DNA of 62,463 bases, filler included, from Circinaria calcarea (lineage: Eukaryota): the NCBI GenBank assembly GCA_051942165.1. It is 7 parts of 7 records of this genome, joined end to end, with 100 filler letters (N's around TTAATTAATTAA, not from the genome) between each part and the next. Parts side by side here need not be neighbours in the genome. Positions count along the whole stretch, not along the records: positions 17,923 to 26,771 come from JAVECS010001039.1; positions 26,872 to 35,715 come from JAVECS010001040.1; positions 35,816 to 44,634 come from JAVECS010001042.1; 4 more parts are not named here. One strand, given 5' to 3'. The notes beneath the pieces are model-generated. The model did no database searches and had not been told where the DNA came from. It saw only the letters and a list, made by a program, of their open reading frames with translations. The position numbers and the translations under genes were made by a program. This document shows, in pieces, positions 24,421-37,255 of this stretch; position 1 is the stretch's first letter, and the number at the start of each line of letters is the position of its first letter.

Positions 24421-25750
24421 ATGGCTGCGTTGGGGAGTCAACCTGGCATGCCAATTCTCGCTCCGACTCCTCCTGACTTCCACTTCTGTAATCCTTCATA
24501 TGGAAGTGACCTTGACATTTATGATTGCCTTCGTGCGATGGAACAGCTTCCGAGGGGGAGCAGACCGATGCCGTATCGAGAGGGCTCAATCAATTCACCG
24601 TATGGGCTACCATTGTTAAAATCTGCAGGTTAGTAAAACGGAAAGGTGAGGGTACGTTGATGTCCTGAAAACTAATGTAGGACTTAGATGAATGCGAAGT
24701 CGCTCTCGAGCTCGCTGGGCCTGGCAAGATAGAAGGCCAGACCGTCATGTTGATACCAGATGTTATTCGGGGACTGGCTGCGTTGGTTATTCAAAATTGT
24801 CTTGTCGAGTGGGGTGGTGTTGGAGGGTTTGTTACAGAAGGGTTTGCCAACATGGTTAACCATGTAACCGCCCCTGATGCCAATCTGAATTCACCCTATC
24901 GTAAGCTTGTCCACCTACCCTGGTTTTCAGTGGATCGAGCTAACGTCCTATATTCACCTTCTAGCCCCGTCTAGCTCGTTCGTCACGCTTACAGTGAGCA
25001 ATATAGCTGGCGACCCCAGTCCCGGTGGATATGATTCTCAAATTCCAATCAAACTCGGTCAGCACCTACGGGATAAGCTCGTGAACTCCAAGGGAAAGTC
25101 CAGCACTGCACCTTCGTATGAGGAATTCTTTATGAGGGCCGCTATCATGGAACAAGAGGGTGGTGGCGGCCAAGAGCCGTGGTGGACTTCTCGCCAACAT
25201 ACGGATGACATGACGTATGAATGTGATGCCCATCTCGGATCACCCCGCGTAGTTGATTGCGGCAAGCTGGAATTTTCTCAACTCGGAGCTTCCTCAGACA
25301 CGGTTAGGATAAGCGCAGGTGCACCAAAGGTCCTCGCAACAGGTATGGAGAAGGTAGAAATGTTACCCATGGCATTCCTCGCTGACACTTGTAGGTGGCT
25401 GCCACATCGCCATTTCCGCTTCCATTGCCGCTGTCATCACGTGGGGAGGGATCAAAGCTGCCTTAGAGATGCTGATTGGTCTCTGTGTCGCCAATCCACG
25501 GCAATCCTCGGTTGGGGGAAAAGCTTACTATGGACACCATATTGTGCCTGGTGCAAGGAGCAAGAGAGCGAGTGCTATTTCTGGTAAGCCTGCATACCTT
25601 TTTCGTTTGCACAGACAGCAGCTCCTCGCTCTGAACTCGGTTGACAATCCAAATTGCATATACTGACTTGCATACTTTGATATAGGACTCAATGCGCTCC
25701 CCAAACACGTAAACGTTACGGTGTATGAGCAAGGCCGTTTCACTCCCTAA
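24421..25750 (+). CDS. Cys-rich protein with two tandem small alpha/beta modules (effector/KP4-like by pattern)
   Basis: Five exons with introns 24629-24687, 24901-24964, 25343-25394 and 25584-25685, all phases consistent. Module 1: FCNPSYG..DC..LP...C...VIQNC...GGVGGF. Module 2: YECDAHLGSP..DC...CHIAI...TW..I..L.GLC...GGKAY. True start may lie upstream. Confidence 0.75.
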
Positions 25751-26395
25751 AAGTTTCGGCAATCCTGCCAGCGCGCTTAGAGGCTCGATCCCGCATAACT
25801 ATTACAAGTCTACGGAAAAATCGTACCTTAATACTCCTTATTTACGTACGAGCCGTGAGATCTCTATTATTATAGAGATACGTTCAGGTGTTTACAAACA
25901 AGGTCTCGCCATTAAAAATGACACGATGTTATGGGATGGAAGGTTTGGGTAAGATTCGGTGGAAAGGAAAAATAACCAGCAGCAAACCGTGGTGCTTTCA
26001 ACTGGATATTCAGTTCGCTATACTAATATTCGTAATTGTTATATCAGATGTGACATTCTGCATACGCACCCAAGCAAAGAGTATTTTTTCGAGTCTTTGT
26101 TCCAATACATTTGGAATTTCCCCACCTCTTCGATTACCTATTTCTTCCTTTAATGAATACGGCTTGGTAGTATCTCATTCCTTATATATAGTTGCTATCG
26201 CTGCTTCTTCTAGCTATTACTCTCGTTATCCTACCATTCTAAGCTAGAGCTCCGTACGCTTCTTCGTCAAGTTCGCATTCAGTGACTTTCATGAAAAAAA
26301 GCTATCCCAATATGTTGGCACCAAACCCCATCTATCTTACATTGGCTTGATAGACCCGCGAACCCCCTCGCTGAGAGAGAGGTATCGTTTTCTGA

Positions 26396-26771
26396 TTAGA
26401 CTCGAACATACTTCTGTTCCCTCAGGTCCTCAGCTAAAAACTCGGCCGTTATCCCAGGCTGGATAGCCTCCAGCTTCTCTGCCAGTTCACCCCATACTTT
26501 CTTCTGCGTCTCTCGGCCATCAGGACTGGTAACGAACTTGGACAACCCGTTACTACCAGGCTATTAGCATTCGGCCCTTATCAACTCCGACATGGGATAC
26601 ACTTACTTCTCGAGCTTGCTGTCGTGTAAATAAATTCCATGGGATTCTGGCCCGGCTGTGGTGGCGTGGACAAGCGTCCGGCTACCCTCCTCGGCTGTCC
26701 GTGCCAATAGAAGTTTCATCACCTTCAATCGCAACGAGGTACTACCCGTTGCGTTACGACTTAATTCAGTC
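26396..26771 (-). CDS. Short-chain dehydrogenase/reductase (retinol-DH/WWOX-like), 3' end only
   Basis: TELSRNA...KLLLARTAEEGSRTLVHATTAGPESHGIYL, a GTAAGT...ctaat..tag intron, then FVTSPDGRETQKKVWGELAEKLEAIQPG...*. Absent from the ORF track. Confidence 0.82.
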
Positions 26772-26871
26772 NNNNNNNNNNNNNNNNNNNNNNNNNNNNN
26801 NNNNNNNNNNNNNNNTTAATTAATTAANNNNNNNNNNNNNNNNNNNNNNNNNNNNNNNNNNNNNNNNNNNN
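26772..26871. other. Artificial contig-joining spacer
   Basis: N44-TTAATTAATTAA-N44. Confidence 0.99.
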
Positions 26872-27847
26872 AGGCACCGTCGAAGGCTGAATCGTCGACT
26901 CCATCGAGGCCGGTATCTGCTGCCGCAAGCCTGCATAGGTGTCATAGTTTGAAAACCCGTCGACCTGCATGAGATCTACATCTTCATCATAAGCCATCGG
27001 AGAATCCAGCCAGCTTTGCTGATCGATTGCTATCGTGCTCATGCTCACTTGGCCAGCTGAGCATCCCGGATGTATTTCAGTTAACTGAGGTCGGACTTGA
27101 GACGCCTTGCTCCCGGGTACGCCATTCCATGTTGGCATGGTAAAGGGAGCTTGGGTGAGGGGCGGTGTCGGTAGTTGTGAGGTTGTAAAAGTGCCTTTCG
27201 CGAAGGATTGCTGCGGAGTAACTTCAAAGAACGATGTCCGGACAGAACTCTGCTCGTTCTCGGAATCAGACGACCCTCGACGTTTGACCGAGTCGGAGCC
27301 GTCCCTAATCAGACGATGTTGCATGATGTCCAGATCGTCCTCAAGATTACCGCAGCCGTTTATATTTTCATGATGTAGTACCCCTAGGCTATCCAGAATA
27401 TCATGAGTCAGGGGCCGCCCATGACCACCGTCGCTCAGCAAAGGTCCATCCCAGCCTTGACTGGCCGTTGCCCTTTTGTATAGCTCGTGAAGACCATTGA
27501 CCAGTTGTATTTGTTGCTGCTCGAGCATCTCCACATATCTGATTAAGTAAATCCCGTCAGCACGCATAGAGTATGCGCGATTGGGCATGCCCACCCTTTG
27601 GGATAGACTTTGTCATGCGACTTTTTCCTTTCGCCAAAGACGCATATAGCGTTGTCAGACCTGCACCGGCTACATGGCGTCGTCCCATCACACTGTGTAT
27701 GGATCAGTCCTGTGGTGACGGCAGCCAGCTGTGCAGCTTTCTTACCTTGGATTTCTTCAGCCTGCACCGGTCACAAGCTTTGCACACCCGCTTCCGAGCA
27801 TTGGAGTCGTGGTCGAGTGGAGGGGTGAAGAGTTGCGACGACGGCAT
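26872..27847 (-). CDS. Zn(II)2Cys6 transcription factor, Fcr1-like family (3' end truncated)
   Basis: ATG 27847; RKRVCKACDRCRLKKSK | intron 27745-27693 | CDGTTPCSRCRSDNAICVFGERKKSHDKVYPKG | intron 27594-27539 | YVEMLEQQQ..LVNGLHELY..PLTHDIL. Confidence 0.92.
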
Positions 27848-30800
27848 GGTGACTGGAAGCTCGAGGGGAAGATGAGGAGAGAGAGGGGAGCTCGATCGAA
27901 GGCACGAATGTCACCAGAGATCCCGTGTGAATTGGATTGGTAAGCAGGCAAAGAAAAAACCAAAGAGGCAGTGACAAAAAGTAATCATGTATTAGGGCGC
28001 AGCAGGGCCAATCGACGAAATGATAGCATCAACGCTTCTGAGGGATTTCAAGTAAGCCCGCAGCGCGCGATGCTGTGCCAGAGTGTGTTAAGGCTCTCTG
28101 TAAGCGGTAGCAGAATGGTTGATCAAGGCCAACCAATCCCATACCAGTGCATTCGTGAGGGAAGGTGGAGAAGAATGGGAACAATATATCTCGGGGCAGC
28201 AGATAAGACGGTTGATGCGTAGGCGACGACATGGCTGCTGGTTCGATGCGACGTATGAGAAGTAAAAGCAGCTACCGACAGGATCAATGTAATGGTGACG
28301 GAATGAAGGTGACTGGACTCGGCATGTCGAGTCCCCAGCGACCAACTTCTTCTCCTCGTCCTCCTCTTCCTCTTCCACTTCCCCTCGCTCCAGGCACGAT
28401 GTCAGCAAAACGGGCACTCTAGTCATTAGGGTCTGGTAGGCATCAAAGGGATGGAGGCAGATCCTTGCGCGTGCATGGCAATATTGAGGTTCGATAGTAG
28501 CTTGGGACCCTACGGGCTCTCCTCACCTGAGCTCCGCACTCGTATCTTCCACGGATGACGCTTGCGCTCTCTCGCGTTCTCGGCATCGCATTCATAATCC
28601 GTTCCTCCTTCTAACGGCGGGTGGTGCGAGGAAGAGAAACATCAGGAAAGCAAAAATGGCGTGCAGGATGCAAGGCAGGGGGGTACCTTTACGGAGTACG
28701 GAGACACAGAATACCCTGCTTTCCTTTGTGCCACCATGACTGCCGCAACTGTATGGAACACAAGAAAATAAGGGCGACAGACACCGGGTGCGGAGATCAA
28801 ATCAATCGAGGGTACTTGCATAATCCTTATGCATTTCATTATTCGTCACGACCATATGGTACGGAGCACGTACCTTCGCACTCCGGACTCCGGACTGCGA
28901 AGGTACATGCACATGACGGAGGCCCCCCGCAGCTCACATGGCCGAGGTACATGTAAGCAATATATCGGACTTCATTCGATAGTCGCGCCATAGAGGCCGT
29001 GCTTCAAACATTTGCCTTTGGTCCAACAGTCGTCGTTCGGGGCCGGACCATCGGCAGCGATGACCCTCGGCGAGTACCAACGGTGGGCCCGACCAAATGC
29101 CGGAGAATTCGTGGCCAAGTCCGTCACCCCGACCGCTGACTAAACCAGAACTCAACTGTCAGCACTCCCCTCCATGTGCACTCTGATGATTAATCCAATC
29201 CAAAAGGCTTGGTTCCACCGGTATGGTCGAAGGATGCGTGCCATCCTGTGTTACCGGAACTCGGCCACAGTACCAATCCTACACATACCTCTTTACCGCC
29301 TTACTGCAGCATGGGTCATCCGATCCCAGTATTCCAACCGTCGCGCATAGTCCATCCTTCCAAGCCGCGTTGAAAATTGAAAAGAGAATACTGCGTGAGC
29401 AAAAGGCTCATACCCCAGTCTAGAATGTCAGACCAGGGACAGAGGATGGTTAGCGTGGGCAAATTCAGACTCTCAAACCGGCTCTCCTTCCACACCAAAT
29501 CCCAAGCTTACCTCAAATCTCCTCTCTAACCTCTTGTTATCAAGATATATAAAGGAGGCGAAAATCCATATTACAAGGAGTTTGGGCTATGCAAGCCCTG
29601 CGGGTTACTGCATACGTTCAATCACGTCGAATTCCCTCTTGCCATACACCCTTGCTAGACTTGTCTGCTGGCCATGAAGGCTGCCAGCTTTGCAGTATTC
29701 TTCAAATCAATTATTGGGTGACCTCGCAGCCCCCAATCTCAGAACTCAGCCAATGGCAAACCACTTCTCGACTGGTAAGATTTGGAAGGGCCGCACGTTG
29801 TGCCGGATTACCCTAGCCTTGTCCTGTTTGTGCTTTCGCACCTTACCTTTATTGCCAATGTCGTTTAGTCCAGATTTTACTAGAACTATTCAGGAGCTAA
29901 ATCTATTTCTTTTAATACGGCATAATTGGATCCTACAGGTTAAGCATATTCTCCTCTCGTTCTTTGTAGCTTTACGGTCGACAGTGATGATTACGTTGAA
30001 GTTACTTGCAGTTTCAAAACCAACTTATTGGTACGCTCTATTACTAATTTTAATTGCTGATTGGACCCGAGACGTATTTTGCACTTCTGTAGAATTTGAA
30101 TTGCTTGATTTAGGGGATTTGTATATATGATCTTATATTTTCAACTCGTTGCTTTTTGGTGAAGGAGTCAACTCGTCAAGAGGCTTTTCCGCGCAATATT
30201 TGAATGAATTCTAGGTGAAAGTCGGAGGATTCGAAATATATGAAAAAGATAACAGTGATAATAGAAAGCATACGTCTTCACTCACACTTGGAACGAGGTA
30301 ATTGACAGCTTATGCTGCCGGCAAACAAAGTTTGGGAAAAGTTTAACGTTTTCGTGCGAGCTTTATAAAGAGACGAAATTCCGTCAAGTCTGAATCAAGC
30401 TCTGCTTGGTCATCATCACCATCATATGTGCCTTTTCGAGCTTTTTCCAAACCTGGAGATCGCTCCCAGCTGTCGTGATATCTGAATCGATGGAAGCAAG
30501 TTAGAGATTCTCGCGAAGACTTTATCAACATTAAAATGCCTGCAGTATATTGACATACGAAGAATTTCCTCGGCCTAGGATCTCAGAAACTCCAAATTTA
30601 GGGGTTAAATACTTTGGTTATATAATTTGCGCATATTTTTGCACAAGAAAAGTTATCTTGATACACCCCATTACGACTAATAATTACTACGCGGAGGAGG
30701 CAAATTAAACCCGAGATGGATTTGACTAGCAAAATCATCAAGCCGAGTATACCGATCTTACTTCCAGTAATCTATCACAAGCCTGAACGAACCAAGGATA

Positions 30801-32940
30801 AATGGTAAGAACCCGTCGGGGTGGTGGAAGCAGTAACGGCAGGGTTTCGGGTAGTAGGGACCAAAATCAATCAACGGGAAATCCAGCACGAAAAGATCTC
30901 GCGAAGAGATCATAGATAGCACACTACAACTCCATACCAGCTGCTGGTATAAGAGCCTCCAGTAATTTGAGCGCCCATACTGCCTCCTACGAGTATGCCA
31001 CGCACCAGGCCGAGTACAGCTCTCCCGCAGTGGACCAGAGTGGAGGCGGGCGCTGGATACAACTTGGCTGCGTGATCTGGAAATGGAAGTTCGTACATGG
31101 GCAGTTCTAATGGTTGGGCGGGACAGAACGGAATAAACAGGTCTATTTTTTATTTATTTAGACTAATCGAATGATGGCGAGGAAAACCACGGCACAGAGG
31201 ACGGCCAAGAGGAAAGAGGAGGGTTCGGATGTGGTAAATTTTCCCTGAATTCTCAGCCAAAACCCCAACTAATAAGATCTAGAGATACAAAACGAGGCCG
31301 AATAAGAAAAGACGAATGGCGATAGCAAAGAGAGCCCAAGAGGAGGCAGCATCTGGTTAATAGGCAATATATATACACTCCAATAGAACAATTTCTCACC
31401 ATTTTTAAATAATAGTGACTGAACCTCCCGCGCCTCAAAATACCTCCATTGCATCGATTATAGGATCATCTGGGGAATGCAGTTGCCAGAAAGCTCCAGC
31501 GAGGTTTCAATTTTGAATTGTAAGCTCTATTCTATTGATCCTCCCCCTGCGCTGATTAAGCTCATTATTTGACGACTAGCTTACACAGCATTTCACCCTC
31601 ACGACAAACCTCAACCTAATCAAACCTTGATTCTGACCTCCAATCAAGCTCATCACTTGACGACTTGCCCAAATGACGTCTCCTTTTATAATTTCCTCTA
31701 ATTCGGACTCAGAGGTTAAACCCGCAGAGCATTGAAAGTATAAAGCTTTTTTATAGTTTTTTGTTGTATTTCCATTGCATTTCCGTATAACTGCAGAGAA
31801 AATTACGATATCGATGGCAAGTTCAATTTATTATTCGGTCGGAATAAATTCGAAGTTCTAGATTTCTAAACAGTGCGGTCGGTGTCATGTGGTGGAGGTG
31901 AGATGTCCTCGATTTCTGCTCTCTTCTTACTACTTATATGCAGAATGCCTTCCGCAAGGAAGGTCTGGGGGACCTCCGTAACATTTGGAGGATGCAATCA
32001 TTATATTTTGCGGTTTTCTCGAAACCTGCACTTCCTATCGCGACAAATGTGTGTAGAATCGAGGGGAGCCTACAGGGAGATATTCCTGTGAAGCTCGCAG
32101 GAGTATTCGATCATGACAGCCGACTTAAGGCGGTGCAAATTAGAATAAGAGAATGATGGTAGTCTCTATTAAAATAGCTTGATTGCTGCTGGGATTAAAG
32201 AAAGGAGCTTCAACTTCTCAGTTCCGGTCTGCCACCGACGAAAAGAGAAACATACTAAGACAGGAGACGGTTTCCTATCCTTTTAGCGTCTCGCCTCACC
32301 TACGGGGATCCGAAGGCAAAGCGTCCTTATGGAGTCCTAGGTGAAGGAACGCAGTCGCGGGCCATTGCAGGTTTGGAGTAGTATGACCGTTGGCCTTGCT
32401 GGACAGCTTGGCTCATTAGAAAAGGACGGGTTTGGAAAAAGGTAAATTTATTACAAATCATTCCATAAAAATATTAGTGCTTAGGTTTGCTGCAGACGAT
32501 TAAAGCCCTCAAGAAATTTGGAAAGCTGGCTACTTTGCAAGGTCGAGAGAAAAACCATAACGGGTAATATAACCATGCGCGTCCATAAGGCATTCAACCC
32601 AGACGCCAAATGGATGGGAGGGGAAATCTATGCAAGAAAAACTAAAACATCTCGCAAAACACATACTAACACACGTGCGGAAAAAGGAGTGGGCACTATC
32701 AGGGGGACATATAAATACGTTAATATCGAGCAATATATTCTCCGTATGTAATGGCGCTCGAATCCTTGGAGCACAATTAGAAATATTGTTATATCCCGAC
32801 CCGCTGACTACACGATTACGTAGAACGTAGTTACAGAGCTGTTCTAGGTTTTAAAGAATACTCGACTATGAACTTGGTTTTAAGCATGCTGCTCTAAACA
32901 ACAAGGAATTGCATGTTTATATAGTAGTTTTGCTTATGTG

Positions 32941-33064
32941 CGAGCATCCTGTGAAAGCGCGTATGGCGCTTTGCAGTGTTCGGGCGGGAAATATCACCAG
33001 AATTGGGTTCAAATCCCATCGAGCTTACCTTTTGGCTGGCTTGATGGTATCCCCGTCCTATTTT
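32941..33064 (+). ncRNA. Putative structured Pol III-type RNA / tRNA-related SINE head, copy 1
   Basis: Shares GTGAAAGC and an identical 27-nt core ATATCACCAGAATTGGGTTCAAATCCC (32991-33017) with 59262-59288. GGGCGGG pairs with CCCGTCC, followed by TTTT. The homology is seen directly; RNA function is inferred. Confidence 0.5.
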
Positions 33065-33385
33065 ATGCTCAGGTTGCCCCCCCCAGCATCCTAAGCATCT
33101 CGGCGGTACTATTCCTCCGCCTCCGATAATCACATGGCGCCCTAAAACTGGGGTGTGGCATCCGCGGCCGGGGATTAGGTTTCTCCGGCTTCTTCCCAAC
33201 ACTGAGTCTCCAGCTGTGAAATACTCAACAGAAGGTTTTCAAGGGTGTCCCTTCAACGTCATCACGGGCAAAAGACGGTCCTTACACCGGTCGTCGTAAT
33301 GTGCCCACCATCGCGCACAGAGTCAACAGCACCTCTGCCGGTAATTTCAACCGCCTTTACCTCTTGTTAATGAATATTGAGCGAT

Positions 33386-34393
33386 ATGCTAAGATCATCA
33401 CATAAACAGATAATTCAATCACAACCATCTGAAAGCCCTCCTGGCTTTTCCAGTGCCCACGCTCTGGAGTTCTCAGGCTCAAGTGCCTCCATCACTGGCG
33501 GGACATCACAAGTAAACGATATTCTCGATACTACATCGAGAACTTGGACTGAGACACCACCCACGAGCGAAAATGTGGATTTAGGTATTGTTCCTGACAC
33601 AATGAGTTTGTGTCACGAACAAACGTCAGTCCAGCTATTGCCTTTCACTGGTAAATATTCGTTTTAATACAAGCTACTTACCTTGGAATATCTATTTACA
33701 TAAATTTAGATGCTGATCTCGAAAACCAAACCCAACCTGATCTAAATCCTGAATCAACAAACCCACGGGACTTTCAACGATGGCTTATTATTACATTAAG
33801 AAATCAAGGATACATTCTTGGATCTGAGCAATCAAACGCTATTGCTATACTTCCATTCTGGCCTCGCGGAATATTTTCGCTTTCCCATATGTCTATAGAA
33901 CAGATAGTAAATGCGGTTCTCGATGAAATATCTTCACGCGGCGATTATCGACCATTGCAAGGGCAAGATCTTATGAGGGGAATAGAAATAACTTTACATA
34001 ATGCATTGAACAGCAATGTAAGTATTTCAGAATCTCCTCAAAACAATGAAAAATTATCTCCGAACTTTTGTACAACAAGCGGAATCTAATAATATGCAGA
34101 CTGACACACTCGTAGCGCCAGAAACGAGAATGTGGAAATGGCCGTGGAAGTGGGATTCCCTTCTTAGGGGTTTTACGCTCAGTGGCTTCCTCGTGTCTAT
34201 CTACTCTATTCTCGTCTCCCAGGGGGGATGGAAATTCTCCTACGAGTTCCTTGTATTCGTCATCTTTACACCCCCGGTCTCCGATATCATCTGTCGGACG
34301 ATCAACAACAACCGGCAGTATATCAGAGAAAGCTGGCACAGATTCATTCGGGAAGTTATCTATCCCCTGCTCCACACCTGCATCATGCCATAG
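33386..34393 (+). CDS. Orphan protein with C-terminal hydrophobic (about 2 TM) segments
   Basis: Three ORF pieces join in frame through canonical introns 33651-33709 and 34018-34099 (GTAAGT...ctaat...cag). C-terminal GFTLSGFLVSIYSILV and FSYEFLVFVIF. Confidence 0.55.
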
Positions 34394-34619
34394 TTCGGGA
34401 AGCTCTACGATTACAGCGCTGCCACAAGATAGGAAAGAAGGGAAAAACCAATAGTTAACACACCGAGTATGGCTGGGCACCACCATTCATAAAGAGTGGC
34501 CTGCATCTTTTTGATGGCGGTGCGTATGGCATAAGGGTGGTACAATTTTCTACTCTTGGATTTTCTCGCTGGTATTCTACAAAGTTGTGCCTACGTCTAG
34601 GGCATCCTTCTGCGCTGGA

Positions 34620-34890
34620 AACATGCAAAGCTCAAGCCTCCTCCGCCGTGATTCTTTCCTCCTACCCATAAGCCATCATTTCCTTGACGAGGTCAACAAG
34701 TGCCATGTGGTCCTTCGCAAAGAACTCTATATCGTCGCCGTAGTAACCCTTTAGCTCCTCCACGAAGGCCCGGAACACTGCATCCTCCTTGTAGTCTCTC
34801 CTATCCACGCCTGCTACATTGATACCATCCAGCTGCTTGAACTTGTTCAAGTATTTCGGGGGGAAGCTCGCCCGAGTACTTGCGATTGCT
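34620..34890 (-). pseudogene. Protein kinase C-terminal remnant
   Basis: ALVDLVKEMMAYG*EERITAEEA* resembles kinase subdomain XI (DLL..ML..DP..RITAEEAL) with in-frame stops. No upstream catalytic motifs were found. Confidence 0.4.
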
Positions 34891-35101
34891 CAGCAGCTGC
34901 GTCGCAGGCGTTGGCAGATGCTCAAAGGTCGAGACCGCTCAGGCTAGACCCCGGTCTTGGTGAACTGCGGTTGGTTATTTCGTAACCTTTACTTAGCGGT
35001 AAGCGTGGAAGAATTATTCCCCAAAGTGCATCTCCACCCCGAGTGACTATGAATTCCTTTACCCCGCGGTAGTGAATAAGATTTTAATTATGTCCAAAGT
35101 A

Positions 35102-35127
35102 CCCGTGCCTTGACGTCAAGGTACGGG
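35102..35127. repeat. 26-bp near-perfect palindrome centred on TGACGTCA
   Basis: CCCGTGCCTTGAC|GTCAAGGTACGGG, with one G-T mismatch. Confidence 0.85.
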
Positions 35128-35190
35128 GGTAACTTGCTTTCCTACTTGTCAATGCCACCTGTGTGTCACCTCAGATCATATTCAGTCACA

Positions 35191-35715
35191 ATGGGAACCT
35201 ATTCCATCATCGACCACTACTTCTTTTAAATCAGCAGGTGGCCTTCAGTACCAATTCGAGTCTTTTCGACATCCGAATCCAAAGTCATTGGCTGTGGTAT
35301 ACATCATGGTATTAGAAGACAAAGACCGGAATCGGTTTGCAGCCTTTGATAAGGAGTATAAATATCGGGGTTTTAGATGTAAGTACCTTTACAGTGGACT
35401 ACGGTGATACTCTGGACTGATTCGAAGAAGCTATCCCAGAGTTTTCTGACCGTATCGAAGTAGAATTTGGGGATGAGCTTCCAAAGTACTATGAGTGGGT
35501 TCGCGAAAATCGACGGCGCAAGCTTCGGGAGTACGACGACAAGATGTCGATAGTGCATACACCGTCTGGAATGATAGACCGCACACTCAATACCGACTTT
35601 ACAATAATGAAGGAGGTTTTAGATTTCACCAGCTACCTGGGAGAATCTCTGTTTGAGCCTCTACACCTCGGTCGTAACGGCGACTACCAGTTTCTTTTGA
35701 AGCCATCTACTGACC
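35191..35715 (+). pseudogene. Decayed coding sequence of unknown family, running into the gap
   Basis: Protein-like frame (EEAIPEFSDRIEVEFGDELPKYYEWVRENRRRKLREYDDK...) preceded by in-frame TGA/TAA stops and a possible intron. Confidence 0.35.
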
Positions 35716-35815
35716 NNNNNNNNNNNNNNNNNNNNNNNNNNNNNNNNNNNNNNNNNNNNTTAATTAATTAANNNNNNNNNNNNNNNNNNNNNNNNNNNNN
35801 NNNNNNNNNNNNNNN
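35716..35815. other. Artificial contig-joining spacer
   Basis: N44-TTAATTAATTAA-N44. Confidence 0.99.
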
Positions 35816-36837
35816 GTAATCGTCCTTAACCGATCTCTTACACTCTCAACTGCGTAACTCCCCAACAGCAGCCGGAGAGGCGGAAAACTACAGTGCCCGA
35901 GTTGCCAGACAAGCTCTGCCGCTTTGACAGCACTGGTCGGCTGCTTATCTCCCAGCCACTGCACCATTCTCTTCGCATGTCCAGCTGGAGCCGTAGGTCC
36001 AGAGTATGGCTCGCTCGCTGGTTTGATGAAGAAATGTCCGAACATCGGTAACGGGTTCGTCTGGCTGTCCGGCTCGTCTCTCCTAACGTGCCCCGGCTCA
36101 ACGAGTGTAGCTTTGATGTTGAAAGGGTCAATCTCATATAGCATGCTCTCAATCAGACCCTCGACGGCATACTTGGTTGCGCAGTACGGCCCCAAGCCAG
36201 GTACACCCAATGCCCCACTAGTACTGCTGAATATCAGATACCGTCCTCCCTCACCTCCAGGCCGCGTCCTAAAGTACGGCAGGCTGAGCTGGATGATATT
36301 CAGGGTTCCCCAGAAGTTTGTTTCAAATTGATTTCTGATTTCGTACTCATCCTGATCCTCGCAAGCGCCCATAACGCCATATCCAGAACAATTGGCTATG
36401 ATGTCAATACGTCCCCAGTGCGCGATAGACTTCTTGATGGTGGCATCGACGGTCTCGCGGACTCGAACGTCACACAGAAGACCGAGACAATGGGTCGATG
36501 GGGATTGGGAGGAAGTGGGAGACCAGTTTTGAGAAGGGGAATCCTCAAAGGCACGACCAATCGTAGTAACCAGGTCACCATGGCTCAGAGCGGCTTTGAC
36601 AACCGATCGACCCATATGGCCGGTGGCACCAAAGACCTGGACTCGAGTCAACGGACTGTATCCATTAAGCTGAGGTGGACACAGTTGCCAGAAGCATAAA
36701 GAGGAGTTACTCACCACCCATACCAACTGCTTAGGTTGATTATTAGGTCCTGGAGGATCGCAAGAGACTGGCAACTGTAGCTTGGGGTTTTGCGAGGCCG
36801 ATGTAGGCGACAACTCAGGGTTTGCCTCATTCTCCAT
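35816..36837 (-). CDS. Short-chain dehydrogenase/reductase (3' end truncated)
   Basis: Removing in-frame intron 36714-36637 gives LVWVVFGATGHMG (Rossmann fold). Also CDVR, IDIIANCSGYG, ETNFWG, catalytic YCATK and TLVEPG. Confidence 0.92.
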
Positions 36838-37255
36838 CGTAGCCGCCCTTCATGGTTGACATGGGATGGGTTGAGGTTTTAAGGATTCAAACCTTCGCGG
36901 GTATCTATCCACTGTAGATGATCACAATAATGCATACACCTAATCGTCGGATGCACTGCTTACTTTCATGTTACACAAGATTAATGATGCTTTCATCAAT
37001 ATAGACCCACAAGGCAAGAGCCATGGTCTGCTGGTCTCCTACCATTACCTGCGTACCTTCACCGCATGCTACGCATATTCGCAGGTCTGATCATGATTGG
37101 ACCTAGGGTTTGCTATTACGGCTTGCCGCGATCCTTACAAGAACCTCTGTGAGATGTGTGGTCGATGCGAGTTTTGTTACATGATATAGCCCATAGAGTG
37201 ATACCCAACCATATAATTAACATTCGAGTTTCGTAATAAGCCTAACCGCAAGCCC

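Noticed and set aside
18147..27847. Secondary-metabolite cluster (AKR + SDR + C6 TF, near veA)
   Set aside because: The genes lie on different contigs and no backbone synthase is present.
30640..30780. Possible third, reverse-strand copy of the 33-kb element (ggcttgatg, catctcgg, cctccgc, tggggtgt words)
   Set aside because: Only short scattered matches and the 27-nt core is absent; cannot be distinguished from chance without alignment statistics.
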